Assembly: GCF_964188315.1 (NCBI RefSeq)
Contig: NC_135667.1
Span: 11,594,001 to 11,658,000 of the forward strand
Length of the DNA stretch: 64,000 nt
Source of the DNA: Podarcis muralis
Lineage: Eukaryota
Direction of reading: 5' to 3'
Below the pieces are notes generated by a model, which saw only the letters and a list, made by a program, of their open reading frames with translations, was not told the DNA's origin and searched no databases. The position numbers and the translations under genes were made by a program. Positions 51,101 to 63,145 of the stretch are shown here, one piece after another (position 1 is the stretch's first letter; the number at the start of each line of letters is the position of its first letter).

Positions 51101-51438
51101 AATCCACAAGCTGGGAGAGTGTGCAGTCAGTTTCTGTTTACAGGCTTCCTATTTCCATCTGGTTGGTCAATGTGAAGACAGCATGCCGGACGAGCTGGAC
51201 CTCTGGTCTGATCCTGCAGGGCTCTTATGTTCTTATGCTTCTCTCATATCTTTGCAAAGGTGCCACCCCTGGTCATATGAAGAAAAAGAAGGAGGGGAAG
51301 AAATTTTGCTGCTATGATTGTGCTCCATGTCCAGATGGGATGTTCTCAAATGAGAAGGCTAAGACAAGACAAGCTAAGATATTCCAAATGGCACACTTTA
51401 TTGCAGTAAACGCCAAGTAGCTCTTTCCCAAGTCATTA

Positions 51439-51476
<38 letters not shown>

Positions 51477-51679
51477 AAACTAAGAATTATTTCACATTTA
51501 TATATAACATGAATGAGGAGCCTATCTTTAGAAATATGGGCAACACATTTTAGCATCAAGATCTAAGATCATTCCAATGAAAGAATGGATGTTTTCAAAT
51601 AAGAAGAGCAGGACCTGTTCTGTTAAAATATTTTAAAGCATAGCATTTCACATGTGCATATATCATCTTCAGATGCATC

Positions 51680-52095
51680 TTTAGAAAGGATGGCCATGCA
51701 CAATGGCAGAGCACAATTCAAAGTGTTGGTGCTGACCTTTAAAGCCCTAAACGGCCTCGGTCAGGTATACCTGAAGGAGCGTCTCCACCCCCATCATCCA
51801 GTCCGGACACTGAGGTCCAGCGCCAAGGGCCTTCTGGCTGTTCCCTCACTGCGAGAAGTGAGGTTACAGGGAACCAGGCAGAGGGCCTTCTCAGTAGCGG
51901 CACCTGCCCTGTAGAAAGCCCTCCCAGCAGATTTCTAGGCAATAAACAACTATTTTACTTTTGAAAGACAACTGAAGGCGGCCCTGTTTAGGGAAGTTTT
52001 TAATGTCTGATGCTGTATTGTTTTTAATATTCAGTTGGAAGCCACCAAGAGTGGCTGGGGAAACCCAGTCAGATGGGAGGGGTATAAATAATAAA
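51680..52095 (+). mobile_element. L2 3' fragment running into the assembly gap
   Basis: RAQFKVLVLTFKALNGLGQVYLKERLHPHHPVRTLRSS...; (AAT) tail begins just before the Ns. Confidence 0.85.
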
Positions 52096-52248
52096 NNNNN
52101 NNNNNNNNNNNNNNNNNNNNNNNNNNNNNNNNNNNNNNNNNNNNNNNNNNNNNNNNNNNNNNNNNNNNNNNNNNNNNNNNNNNNNNNNNNNNNNNNNNNN
52201 NNNNNNNNNNNNNNNNNNNNNNNNNNNNNNNNNNNNNNNNNNNNNNNN
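52096..52248. other. Assembly gap (153 N)
   Basis: Run of N. Confidence 1.
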
Positions 52249-53717
52249 CTTTCAAAAACTATTTAAAGGAAATTGGAGTAGCAATCCTTGGCTCCCAGTT
52301 GGTACGAATCAGGTAGGAAAAAACTCTCAAGCTGTCAAGCAAATATTGGAGTGATACAACTTACCCTGTTCTCAATAAAAAGCCATCAGACCAGCTCATA
52401 CTGTGGCCTGGGTAGGCAGGTACTGAGCTAACAATGAAAGAAAGATCAGGACGAAAGGGGCATGCTTGTAAGCCACTCAATTCATCACCATCTACTCCTG
52501 TTTTGTACAGCGCCTGGCTGATCCTTCTTTTCATTTCCTCTACATAGGCTGAGCTGATCAAATAGTTCTGCCACCTGCTGTGATATGATGGGGAAACAGG
52601 ACATGCTTTATTAAGCAGATAGGCAGTTATTTTCATATCTTTGCTTTTAAAATGAAGTGTAAATGAAAGAATTTGTATGCATCATATTTCTGCTGTGTTT
52701 GTAAGACTGGGTGAAAATGAATCACTAGAATAATCCTTGGTTTTAAATTGCCATACATTGCAACCTTTTTCAGAAACTTGCATCCATTGCCCAAAAGATA
52801 AGCATTCGAACAAGGACCACAATCACTGCATCCCTAAGATCTCAAATTTCCTAGCCTTTGATGACACTTTGGCTATTGTTTCAACTTCCTCTGCACTTCT
52901 ATTGTCTCTGGTCACAGCTCTGGTGCTGGGCATCTTCATTAAGCACCGGGACACTGCCATAGTCAAAGCCAACAACAGAAGTCTAACATACATTCTCCTC
53001 ATCTCCCTCCTCTTGTGTTTCCTCTGCTCTTTGCTGTTCATTGGAATGCCTAATGAGGCAACTTGCCTTCTCCGACACACAAGTTTTGGCACCATCTTCT
53101 GTGTGGCCCTCTCTAGCATCTTGGCCAAAACCATTTCTGTCGTTTTGGCATTTATGGCTACCAAACCAGGATCCAGGATAAGGAATTGGATGGGGAAGAG
53201 ACTGACTTATTCCATTGTCCTTTCCTGCTCCATTGTTCAAGTAGGGAACTGCATTCTCTGGCTGGCAACCTCTCCCCCATTCCCAGATTTGGACATGCAC
53301 TCAATGACTGAACAAATTATACTGTTATGCAATGAAGGATCCATCACCATGTTCTATTCTGTGCTGGGCTACATGGGCTTCCTGGCCATTGTCAGCTTCA
53401 TTGTGGCCTTCCTAGCCAGAAAATTGCCTGGCAGTTTCAATGAAGCCAAGTTTATCACCTTCAGCATGCTGGTCTTTTGCAGTGTTTGGCTGTCCTTTGT
53501 TCCAACTTACTTAAGCACCAGAGGAAAATACATGGTGGCAGTGGAGATTTTCTCCATCTTGGCTTCCAGTTCTGGTTTACTGGGTTGCATCTTTTCCCCA
53601 AAATGTTACATAATTTTGGTGAAGCCTGAGCTCAACAACAGGGAACAGCTAATACGAAGAAAGTAGTAAATAAATTGATGAGTTTGTATTTTCAACAATG
53701 TTTTTATTATCTATATA

Positions 53718-54070
53718 GTGGCGCTGTGGGTAAAAGCCTCAGCGCCTAGGGCTTGCTGATCGAAAGGTCGGCGGTTCGAATCCCCGCGGCGGGGTGCGCT
53801 CCCGTTGTTCGGTCCCAGCGCCTGCCAACCTAGCAGTTCGAAAGCACCCCCGGGTGCAAGTAGATAAATAGGGACCGCTTTCTAGCGGGAAGGTAAACGG
53901 CGTTTCCGTGTGCGGCTCTGGCTCGCCAGAGCAGCAATGTCACGGTGGCCACGTGACCCGGAGGTGTCTCCGGACAGCGCTGGCCCCCGGCCTATAGAGT
54001 GAGATGGGCGCACAACCCTGGAGTCTGTCAAGACTGGCCCGTACGGGCACGGGTACCTTTACCTTTACCT
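53718..54070 (+). mobile_element. Sauria SINE just 3' of the gene E stop codon
   Basis: gtggcgctgtgggtaaaagcctcagcg...(ACCTTT)n. Confidence 0.88.
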
Positions 54071-54494
54071 TAGGATCATAAAAGAAGTATAAATGAATTG
54101 GGAGTATTAAACTATTTCAGTTATGTTGTTGCTTTGGAGGGTTAGGGTTGATTTATAGTCTGTAGAGCCTATGAGAGAAAAGTTCACAGGAGTAAAGTTC
54201 AACAAAGGATATTTAAATTTAAGGAAGAAATAGGAACCTAATAACCCTACTACCCTTCTAAATGAGTGAGACGCTGATTGATGGAGTAGACCTAAAGCAT
54301 TTAAGTAAAGATGGTAGATGGAGTTTTTCAGATAGTTAATGTTGATGTTACAGTGGATGCTCAGGCATCATTTCTTATGCATGGGATAAAGATTTGACTA
54401 TTGATTTCTTCTTATTCTATATTATAACTATTGATTTCTGAACAAAAAAAATTCCTTCCAGTAGCACCTTAAAGACCAACTAAGTTAGTTCTTG

Positions 54495-54532
54495 GTATGA
54501 GCTTTCGTGTGCATGCACACTTCTTCAGATAC
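54495..54532 (-). ncRNA. Minimal type I hammerhead ribozyme motif
   Basis: Reverse complement reads GUAUCUGAAGAAGUGUGCAUGCACACGAAAGCUCAUAC. Confidence 0.7.
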
Positions 54533-54549
54533 ACGCTTCTTCAGATGGT

Positions 54550-54587
54550 GTATCTGAAGAAGTGTGCATGCACACGAAAGCTCATAC
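54550..54587 (+). ncRNA. Minimal type I hammerhead ribozyme motif
   Basis: GUAUCUGAAGAAGUGUGCAUGCACACGAAAGCUCAUAC, identical to the other two copies. Confidence 0.7.
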
Positions 54588-54749
54588 CAAGAACTAACTT
54601 AGTTGGTCTTTAAGGTGCTACTGGAAGGATTTTTTTTTGTTTTGACTATGGCAGACCAACACGGCTACCTATCTGTAACTGGAACTATTGATTTCTGGTT
54701 ATTCTATTGAATATATTGGTTTTGGATATTTACATGTATGTTTCAAAGA

Positions 54750-54950
54750 AACAATTCATCTCATATTTGTCTCCAAGGAGCTCAAGGTGGCGTTCATAGT
54801 CCTCCCTCCCCCATTTAATTCCCACAGCAACTTTGTGAGACTGAGAGGCAGTGACTGGTCCAAGGTCAGCCAGTGAGTTCCATGACTGAGTGGAGATTTG
54901 AACCACGGGCTCCCTGGCATTAGTTCAACACTTTAACCACACTTTAACCA
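54750..54950 (-). mobile_element. Probable old tRNA-derived SINE remnant
   Basis: caaggtcagccagtgag...ggagatttgaaccacgg resembles the antisense of a B-box/core SINE head; family not determined. Confidence 0.4.
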
Positions 54951-55204
54951 ATACATCACATTGGCTTTCTAGTTATCACAAAGGAAATCTATCTTAATAT
55001 TCAGGCCTTAGCTACCAACTTTCACTCCAGCCTTGGGGCATTTGCCTCAGACTGCCATCATTAACCAACTTTCCTGAGTGATCTTATTTCTCCTAACTGC
55101 TGATTAACTCCCCTTCCTTCATTGACCAGAATCCCCAGCCAATCAGGACCTGTCATTCCCCATTAAAATGAATTCACCTGATCCAGTCCTCACATATAAA
55201 TACT

Positions 55205-55560
55205 AAAAGCAGTCATGTCTCTGTATCCGGACACTGAGATCAACTTCTGAGGACCTCCTCCATGTGCCTCCTCCTTGAGAGGTCCAAAGGGTGGCAAGAC
55301 AAGGACTGGCTTTCCCTGCAGTGGCTCCCCATCTGTGGAATGCTCTCCCCAGGGAAGTTTACCTGGCACCTTCATTATACTCCTTTAGGCACCAGGGAAA
55401 AACATTTCTTTTTAACCAGGCCTTTGGTTGATCTAATTTATATCCTATGCCCTTTTAAAATATGTTTTTTTAATGTGGGGGGTTTTATGTTTTGATTTTA
55501 TCCTGTGAACCGCCCTGAGACCCCTGCGTATAGGGCAGTATATACATTCAATAAATGAAT
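55205..55560 (+). mobile_element. L2 3' fragment
   Basis: Similar to the L2 3' ends at 23340-23700 and 51780-52095. Confidence 0.6.
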
Positions 55561-55644
55561 AAAATCAATCAATCAATATCAGAACACATAACGAAGCAGG
55601 TGTTGCTAAACAGGGCTGCAGCACAGCACAAGACCTCAGCATTT

Positions 55645-55693
<49 letters not shown>

Positions 55694-56019
55694 GAATAAT
55701 GTATAATGTCTTCTACATGCGGTTGCCCACATGTACAAAGTCTATCTGTGTGTGAAACCTTGTTATAATACCCATCTGGCACAGCTGAGGAAACACAACT
55801 CAATAAAGGTAGATCTTAATGGTACAGGCAAGCGTTTAGAAAATAACTGGCTCTATAATGCAAGATTTTTAAGAGTGGAAACCATGGAGAACATTTGGAA
55901 AATTTAATTGCTTGTAGGTCCCTTCTGGATTCTGTCCACTAGAGCCAGGCCCCTAGTTGACACTTCAAAACCTTGTTCAACTTGTAAAGCTGATAATAAT
56001 CCAGGCTACATTGAAGATT

Positions 56020-56844
56020 AGAGAACTACCTTGACAGATTAGAGAACTGGGCCAAAACAAACAAGATGAACTTTAACAGGGAGAAATGTAAAGTATTGCA
56101 CTTGGGCAAAAAAAAATGAAAGGCACAAATACAAGATGGGGGACACCTGGCTTGAGAGCAGTACATGTGAAAAGGATCTAGGAATCTTGGTTGACCACAA
56201 ACTTGACATGAGCCAACAGTGTGACGCGGCAGCTAAAAAAGCCAATGCAATTCTGGGCTGCATCAATAGGAGTATAGCATCTAGATCAAGGGAAGTAATA
56301 GTGCCACTGTACTCTGCTCTGGTCAGACCTCACCTGGAGTACTGTGTCCAGTTCTGGGCACCACACTTCAAGAAGGACACTGACAAACTGGAACGTGTCC
56401 AGAGGAGGGCAACCAAAATGGTCAAAGGCCTGGAAACGATGCCTTATGAGGAACGGCTAAGGGAGCTGGGCATGTTTAGCCTGGAGAAGAGGAGGTTAAG
56501 GGGTGATATGATAGCCATGTTCAAATATATAAAAGGATGTCACATAGAGGAGGGAGAAAGGTTGTTTTCTGCTGCTCCAGAGAAGCGGACACGGAGCAAT
56601 GGATCCAAACTACAAGAAAGAAGATTCCGCCTAAACATTAGGAAGAACTTCCTGACAGTAAGAGCTGTTCGACAGTGGAATTTGCTGCCAAGGAGTGTTG
56701 TGGAGTCTCCGTCTTTGGAGGTCTTTAAGCAGAGGCTTGACAACCATATGTCAGGAGTGCTCTGATGGTGTTTCCTGCTTGGCAGGGGGTTGGACTCGAT
56801 GGCCCTTGTGGTCTCTTCCAACTCTATGATTCTATGATTCTATG
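56020..56844 (+). mobile_element. Young CR1 LINE 3' fragment
   Basis: ORF 56136..56765 ([12 protein letters not shown]...[13 protein letters not shown]) and an (ATTCTATG)n tail. Confidence 0.93.
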
Positions 56845-57439
56845 AATGTTTGATTTCCACCAAATAACTGTTCCCCAGTTCCATATAGAACATGGCTGGA
56901 AATTGCTTGAAGGGTAAAGAAGTAAGTACCATATTTTTTGCTCTATAAGACTCACTTTTTCCCTCCTAAAAAGTAAGGGGAAATGTGTGTGCGTCTTATG
57001 AAGCGAATGCAGGCTGCGCAGCTATCCCAGAAGCCAGAACAGGAAGAGGGATCGCTGCTTTCTTTTTTTTTTTTTTTTTGCATCATACTTTTTTATTGAG
57101 ATTATACAAAAAGAAAAAACACGGACAAAGAAAAAGGAGAGAAGGTAACAATAAGAATACATATAAATACTCAAAGTCCAACCTAAGTGTATCTTATGAT
57201 ACATTAACATATAGAGTATACTTTATTTACTTAAATTATTATTTCCCTTCCCTCGACTGTACAAAAAAACACACTGGTTTACCACATATTCCTGACAAAT
57301 CATATTATACTACACTCTTTCAGACCTGGGACTCCCCTCCACCCTTTTGGTAGGTATCAAACATGTTCCATACTCCCGTACTTATTTTGCACACATCAAA
57401 TTTAGTCACTAGTAAATTTTTCCTATCCCCACCAGTGCT

Positions 57440-60400
57440 TTATAGATTTGTTCCTATATAGTTCCAATATTTACTCCAATTTTTCTGAAATTTCTGTTCA
57501 TCTTGATCTCGAATTTTAACTGTTAACCTATCCAACTCGGCATAATTTATCATTTTGGCCTGCCAATCACTTAAACTGGGTATATTTTCCACTTTCCAAT
57601 TTTGCGCCAACATAATTCTTGCTGCGGTGGTGGCGTAGAGAAATATGGTCTTATCTTCTTTTTTAATCTCTTTGCCCATCAGTCCCAACAGAAAGGCTTC
57701 AGGTCTTTTGGGAAAGGTGTATTTAAATATTTTTTTAAGCTCATTATAAATAATTTCCCAAAAGCCTTTCACCTTGTTACAACGCCACCACATGTGATAA
57801 AGATTACCCTCCACCTCGCCACATTTCCAGCATTTGTTGTTCTGTAACCTATACATTTTGGCCAGCTTCACCGGTGTATGGTACCATCTATATAACATCT
57901 TCCAAATATTCTCTCTCAATGCCGTACAGGCCGTAAATTTTATGGTACTATTCCACAGTTCCGACCACCTTACAAAATCAATATTATACCCAAAGTCGAT
58001 AGCCCATTTAGTCATTGCCTCCTTAACCTCCTCATCTTTTGTCTGCCACTCCAATAAGATCTCATATATTTTAGACAATGTTTTGTTCTTGTTATCTATA
58101 ACCTCTACGTTAAATTTTGATTTTTTATCATCAAAGCCTAAACTCTTTTTGTCTTCTTTTAACAAATCATGCACTTGATGATATTGCAACCATCCCGTGA
58201 GTAGGCTTTGTATCTCTTCGTAGGGTCTAAGTTTGGGCCCTTGATCTGTTTTTCTTAGAAGATCTTCATATGTCGCATTGTTCCCTTCCATATTTAGTTT
58301 CTTAACCGTTAGAACCTCTATTGGTGAGATCCACCAGGGGGTTTTCCTTTCAAGGAGGTTTTTATTCCTTTCCCACACCTGGTAGATTGGTCCCCTGAAG
58401 ATATGGTTTAAGAAGCTCCTGTGTACCTTCACTTTCCCATACCACAGGTACGCGTGCCATCCGTACCTATTATCATAACCTTCCAGATCCAATATATCTC
58501 TGTTCTCTAGTTTTATCCAATCCTTTATCCAAAGTAGGCACGCTGATTCATAATATAAGCTCAAATCTGGAAGGGAAAAGCCCCCTCTTTCTTTTTTATC
58601 TGTTAGTATTTTCATTTTTATCCGTGGTCTTTTCCCTTGCCAGATGTATTTCGCTAAGGCTCTTTGCCACTCTTTACACTGTTTTATACCTTTAAGTATT
58701 GGGATAGTTTGAAACAGGAACAACATTCTGGGTAAAATATTCATTTTTACTACTGCTATCCTTCCTAAAAAGGAGAGTTTCAGTCTTCCCCAGATTTCCA
58801 TATCTTTCTTTATATTCTTCCAGGTGGCCTCATAATTGTCCTTGTAAAGATTTAAGTTTTTAGCCGTAATCCAAATTCCTAAATATTTCACTTTCTTAAC
58901 TGCCGTGATTCCTACCCTTTGTTCTAGATCAATCGTTTCCTCCTTTGTTAAATTTTTAACCAACATTTTGGTTTTATCTTTATTTACCTTGAGCCCTGCA
59001 ACCGCTCCGAATTCTTCAATTATTTGTAAAGCTTCTTTAGTACTCTTCTGTGGATCTTCTAGGGTTAATACAATGTCGTCTGCAAAAGCTTTTATTTTGA
59101 ATTCTCTCTTTCCTACCCTGACCCCTTTGACTTCTGTAGCCTCCCTTAATCTTTCATTAAGTATCTCCAATACTGTTATAAATAATAAAGGAGACAGGGG
59201 GCAGCCTTGTCTCGTTCCTTTATATATACTGAAGTAATCTGTTGTAGTGCTATTTATTACCAATTTTGCCTTTTGTTCCTTATATATTGCTTCTATGCCT
59301 CTCCTAAATTTTTCTCCCATTCCCATTCCTTCCAGGCTTTTGCTTAGGAAGTCCCACGAGATGTTATCAAATGCCTTTTCGGCATCTACAAATATTAAGG
59401 CCGCCTGTCTATCTATTTTCATGTCCAAGTATTCAATAATATTTATCAAATTCCTCACATTTTCCCTTAGTTGCCTCCCTGGAAGGAAGCCTGTTTGGTC
59501 TTTATGTATTCTCTTATTTAGTACCTTTTTCAATCTTTCTGCCATTACAGCTGCAAATATTTTATAATCGTTATTTAATAATGAAATTGGCCTGTAGTTC
59601 TTGACGTCCAAAGTATCAACATCTTTTTTTGGGATTAACGTAATATATGCTTCCTTCCAGGTATTGGGGATCCTTCCTTCTTTTAGTATATTATTCATCA
59701 CCTCACCTAACACTGGGGATAGTTGGTTGCTTAGTATTTTATAGTATTTTGCCGGAAGGCCATCCGGCCCCGGCGCTTTCCCACTTTTCATCTTTCTAAT
59801 AGCTTTCTCTATCTCCTCTTGTGTAATTGCCTGATCCAGTGTCTCTTTTTCTTCATTTAAAATTGGTTTTAAATGATATTTTTGCAAGAAGCTGTCTATT
59901 TCTTGTTCTGTTTCTTTTCCTTTTTTATATAAATCCTTGTAAAATTTTTGGAATATCCTTTTTATTTCTTTTGGTTCTTCCACAATTCTTTCTCCCTCTC
60001 TTATCTTGTTGATAGTATTTTGTTTCCTCCTTTCTCTTATTTGCCACGCCAAATACTTGCCTATCTTATTTGCTGACTCAAAGTTTTTCTGGTTCATCAT
60101 TTTAATTTTCCATTCTATTTCTTGATTAATTATCATGGAAAATTTGGCTTGTAATATCTTTAAATTCTGTTTTGCGGTCTCATCACTAGGGTTGTCAATT
60201 AATTTTCTTTCATTTTCCATAATTTGTGTTAGGACCTGTTCTTTCTTTGACTCCTTTTCTTTCCTTAATTGGCTATTTTTCTGAATCAAGAACCCCCTCA
60301 TCACAGCCTTTCCTGCGTCCCATACCGTCCCTATTTCAGTTTCCCCATTTAGGTTCCATCTAAAGTAATCATTTATAGTTTCTATAGCCTTATTTACAAT

Positions 60401-60720
60401 CTTCTGATCATTAAATAAAAATTCATTCATTCTCCATCTTCCTGTTTTGAAGTCTTTACCCCTTAATTCCATGAAGACCGCATTATGGTCAGAGATAGTT
60501 CGTGGGAGAATCTCAGACTTAACTAAATTCTGTATCAATTCCTTCGATATCCAAATATTATCTATTCTCCCCCAACTCTGATTTGGGTTTGAGAAAAAAG
60601 TATATTGTTTTGTCATGGGGTTTTTATATCTCCATGCATCGTTTAGTCCCAGGTTATTTACCATATCAAAAAAAGATCGAGGTAGCTTGCCTTGGTTCTT
60701 CTCCTGGGATTTTGTTAATC
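57440..60720 (-). CDS. L1 ORF2, C-terminal ~1090 aa (endonuclease C-half, RT, CCHC knuckle), uninterrupted
   Basis: GRIDNIW, TISDHNAV, KAPGPDG, YRPISLLNNDYK, GTRQGCPLSPLLF, AFADD, KYLGI, CWKC...HMWWRC. Confidence 0.92.
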
Positions 60721-61598
60721 TGGAGACTTCCGGGATGCCGCGGCCGCGGGAAGGAGCGCGAGGCAACCCTCCGGGGAGGTCTCGAACAATACGGAGTCTT
60801 GGAGGGGTCACGAGGGCTCCGTGAACCCCGAAACCACAGGTGGAATATCCTGTGGGACGAGGTACCCAGCGTGGCTGCGTGTGCTCGCCTGTGTTGCCGG
60901 CGTTTAACAGGGCTGGAGCCGCAGCGTGAAGGGGAAGCAACAGACTCCATATTGTGAAGCCTCAGGCTCCAAGGGAAAGCGGCGGACCTCCAACAGCAGC
61001 AGAAAAGCTGGGAAATAGCTACTGGCCACTGCGGAGAAGCAGTGGGTAATAATTGGATAATATTGAGAAACAAAGGAGCAAAGACTAGAAAGATACTTTG
61101 TGATAAGAACCCAGCAGAGACCAGATATAAGTTGAAAGGAGGAGGAATCCACCACCGGCGGTAAGGGGTAAAGAGAGTACAACAGAAGGCTGGTGGAGAA
61201 GAAAAGATCTGAAACTTCACCGCTAAGTGAGAGTGGAGGAGAGACCTCAGACACGAAGTACAAGGAGTCAGAGGTAAAGTAACAACGAGATTTCTTGATG
61301 GACTAAATTATAGAGAAAAGAGAAGGAACACCCCTAACATACTGGGACGGAGAATGCTATAACAGGTTGGGGGGGTTCCACAGACACACCTTTTGTTCTT
61401 AACTGCTCATAGTTGGACACAAACTTTCTTAAGGCGGTGTACAGGAGGGGAGCACTTTATCGGCTGAGCGGAACCCAGGCTTTCATTCTAAATCCTAATA
61501 TTAATCACGTAGGGGCAAAGGACAGAAACTGCGTAAGGAAAGTTTTTGTTTGGAATCTCTACGTGAGCGCTCTGCTGGAAGAAGCAGGGGAGGAAACA

Positions 61599-61864
61599 AA
61601 ACGGCTTGGGGTTTAGTTTTGGTACTCTGCTTTACAGCGTCCTTGATTTAAATGGAGTAACGCCTTTGTTCTTTACCTCTATGATTTAAAGAGACATACC
61701 AAATTTCCGCTATATTGCGTTTGCAGGGGAAGAAGCAAACGGCTTGGGACTTAGTTTTGGTACTCTGCTTTATAGCGTCCTTGATTCAAATGGAGTAACG
61801 CCTTTGGTTTTTACCTCTATGATTTAAAGAGACATACCAAACTTCCGCTATATAGCGTTTGCAT
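61599..61864 (+). repeat. 138-bp tandem duplication in the L1 5' UTR
   Basis: Units start at 61599 and 61737; partial third copy at ~61901-61922. Confidence 0.85.
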
Positions 61865-62239
61865 TTGAAATTGAATAATGCCTCTGTCCTCCACTGATAG
61901 GATTTAAAGAGACATACCAAACCTTATACCAAACCTTTGAATAAGGGAAAACTGGGGAGGACTGAACCCAGCTTTCAACTTAAATAGAACACGTTTTTGC
62001 AGGAGTCTATTGTTTTGTTTGAACGTACCATTTTGCCTTTGTGGCTTGAGGTCCTCACTACATTTTCACTCCCAAGAAATTAAAGACTAAAGTACGGGTT
62101 ACCATTTAGTGGTAGTTCTACTCTAACACCACCTCCTCCACTCTATTGACTAAGTAGCTAAATCGTGGGTAAAGACTGTCTGATATCTGGTTAACTAATC
62201 TTCTTGGAGTTAAAAGAGAAGCAACCCCAAGCAGACAAG

Positions 62240-63145
62240 ATGCCAAATGGATCGAAAAAGGGTTTGGCAACACCAGCGGAAAGGAGGCCATCAAGACAAG
62301 AAGAAGGCAAAGATACAAGGGAAATTAGAGACTATGATACCTTGATGGCAGAAATAAGAAAAGAATTTAAAAATAATGAACAATATATTGAAAAAAAGTT
62401 AATAGAAGTACAAAACATCATAGATAAGAAACTGGAGGGGGTGGTGGGAGAATTGACAGGAAAGGTTAAGGACCTATCGGTAAGAGCAAAAGCCCTTGAG
62501 GACTCAATGAAAAGGGTGCAAAAAGATACGAAAGATAGTAAGAAGGAAGTGGACAGGATGAGAGTAGAAATTAAGGAATTAGGAAAGATACAGGAAGAAT
62601 TGTTGGACAACATGGCTATGACACAGATGAGACAAAACCAAGCCAATTTGAAATTTAGAGGTATACCGGAAAAGCTAAATGAGAATATCAGGACTAAAGT
62701 GGTGAAAGAATTGGCAATTTGGTTAGGCAGGAAGGAAGAAGAGATAAATCATCACTTGATAAACACCTTCCGAATAAGAGCAAAATCAGCTAAAGCCAAA
62801 GAAAAAAAATTGCCAGGAGATGTAATAGCCATGTTTAACTCTTTTGAGATAAGAAATGAAATACTGAAACAAAACTTTATCAAAAGGTTATATATTGAGG
62901 GAAACCTAATTATTATCTTTAAAGAGATTCCTTCGAGATTTCTTCGAAGGAGAGAGCCTTATAAAAAATTAACAAACCAATTGAAAAAAAACGGGATATT
63001 GTATAGATGGGAGTTCCCGGAAGGTATTTCATTTTATTTTAAGGAAAAAAGGTTCAAACTGTCCACTACTCTAGAACTGCAAAAATTTGCAAGGAGATAT
63101 GAGAAGGATTTGGGAAAGATGATGGGGGGGGGGGGGAAGAGGTAG
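62240..63145 (+). CDS. L1 ORF1-like protein (coiled coil, RRM, CTD)
   Basis: ATG at 62240; heptad-rich region; NLKFRGIPEK and YRWEFPEGISF resemble L1 ORF1p; lies upstream of ORF2. Confidence 0.8.
   Translation: MPNGSKKGLATPAERRPSRQEEGKDTREIRDYDTLMAEIRKEFKNNEQYIEKKLIEVQNIIDKKLEGVVGELTGKVKDLSVRAKALEDSMKRVQKDTKDSKKEVDRMRVEIKELGKIQEELLDNMAMTQMRQNQANLKFRGIPEKLNENIRTKVVKELAIWLGRKEEEINHHLINTFRIRAKSAKAKEKKLPGDVIAMFNSFEIRNEILKQNFIKRLYIEGNLIIIFKEIPSRFLRRREPYKKLTNQLKKNGILYRWEFPEGISFYFKEKRFKLSTTLELQKFARRYEKDLGKMMGGGGKR

Larger units (their letters stand above)
45109..53666 (+). pseudogene. V2R gene E. Exons 45109-45347, 47243-47534, 47970-48857, 49294-49521, 51260-51358 (damaged), 52774-53666
   Basis: Exons 1-4 and 6 are open. 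Exon 5 is 99 bp versus 127 bp in paralogues, gives TGA at 51278-51280, and the donor reads AAGG|ct instead of AAGG|gt. Confidence 0.85.
54441..54682. mobile_element. Penelope-like palindromic short insertion with two hammerhead motifs
   Basis: Inverted repeat with arms of ~90 bp; 15-bp TSD AACTATTGATTTCTG (54426-54440 and 54683-54697). Confidence 0.7.

Noticed and set aside
51355-51362. GC-AG donor (AAG|gctaag) that might rescue gene E exon 5
   Set aside because: The in-frame TGA at 51278 lies upstream, so it cannot restore the protein; skipping exon 5 also shifts the frame (phase 0 to phase 1)
56136-56765. 209-aa ORF as a host gene
   Set aside because: It is the C-terminus of CR1 ORF2 in a 5'-truncated copy
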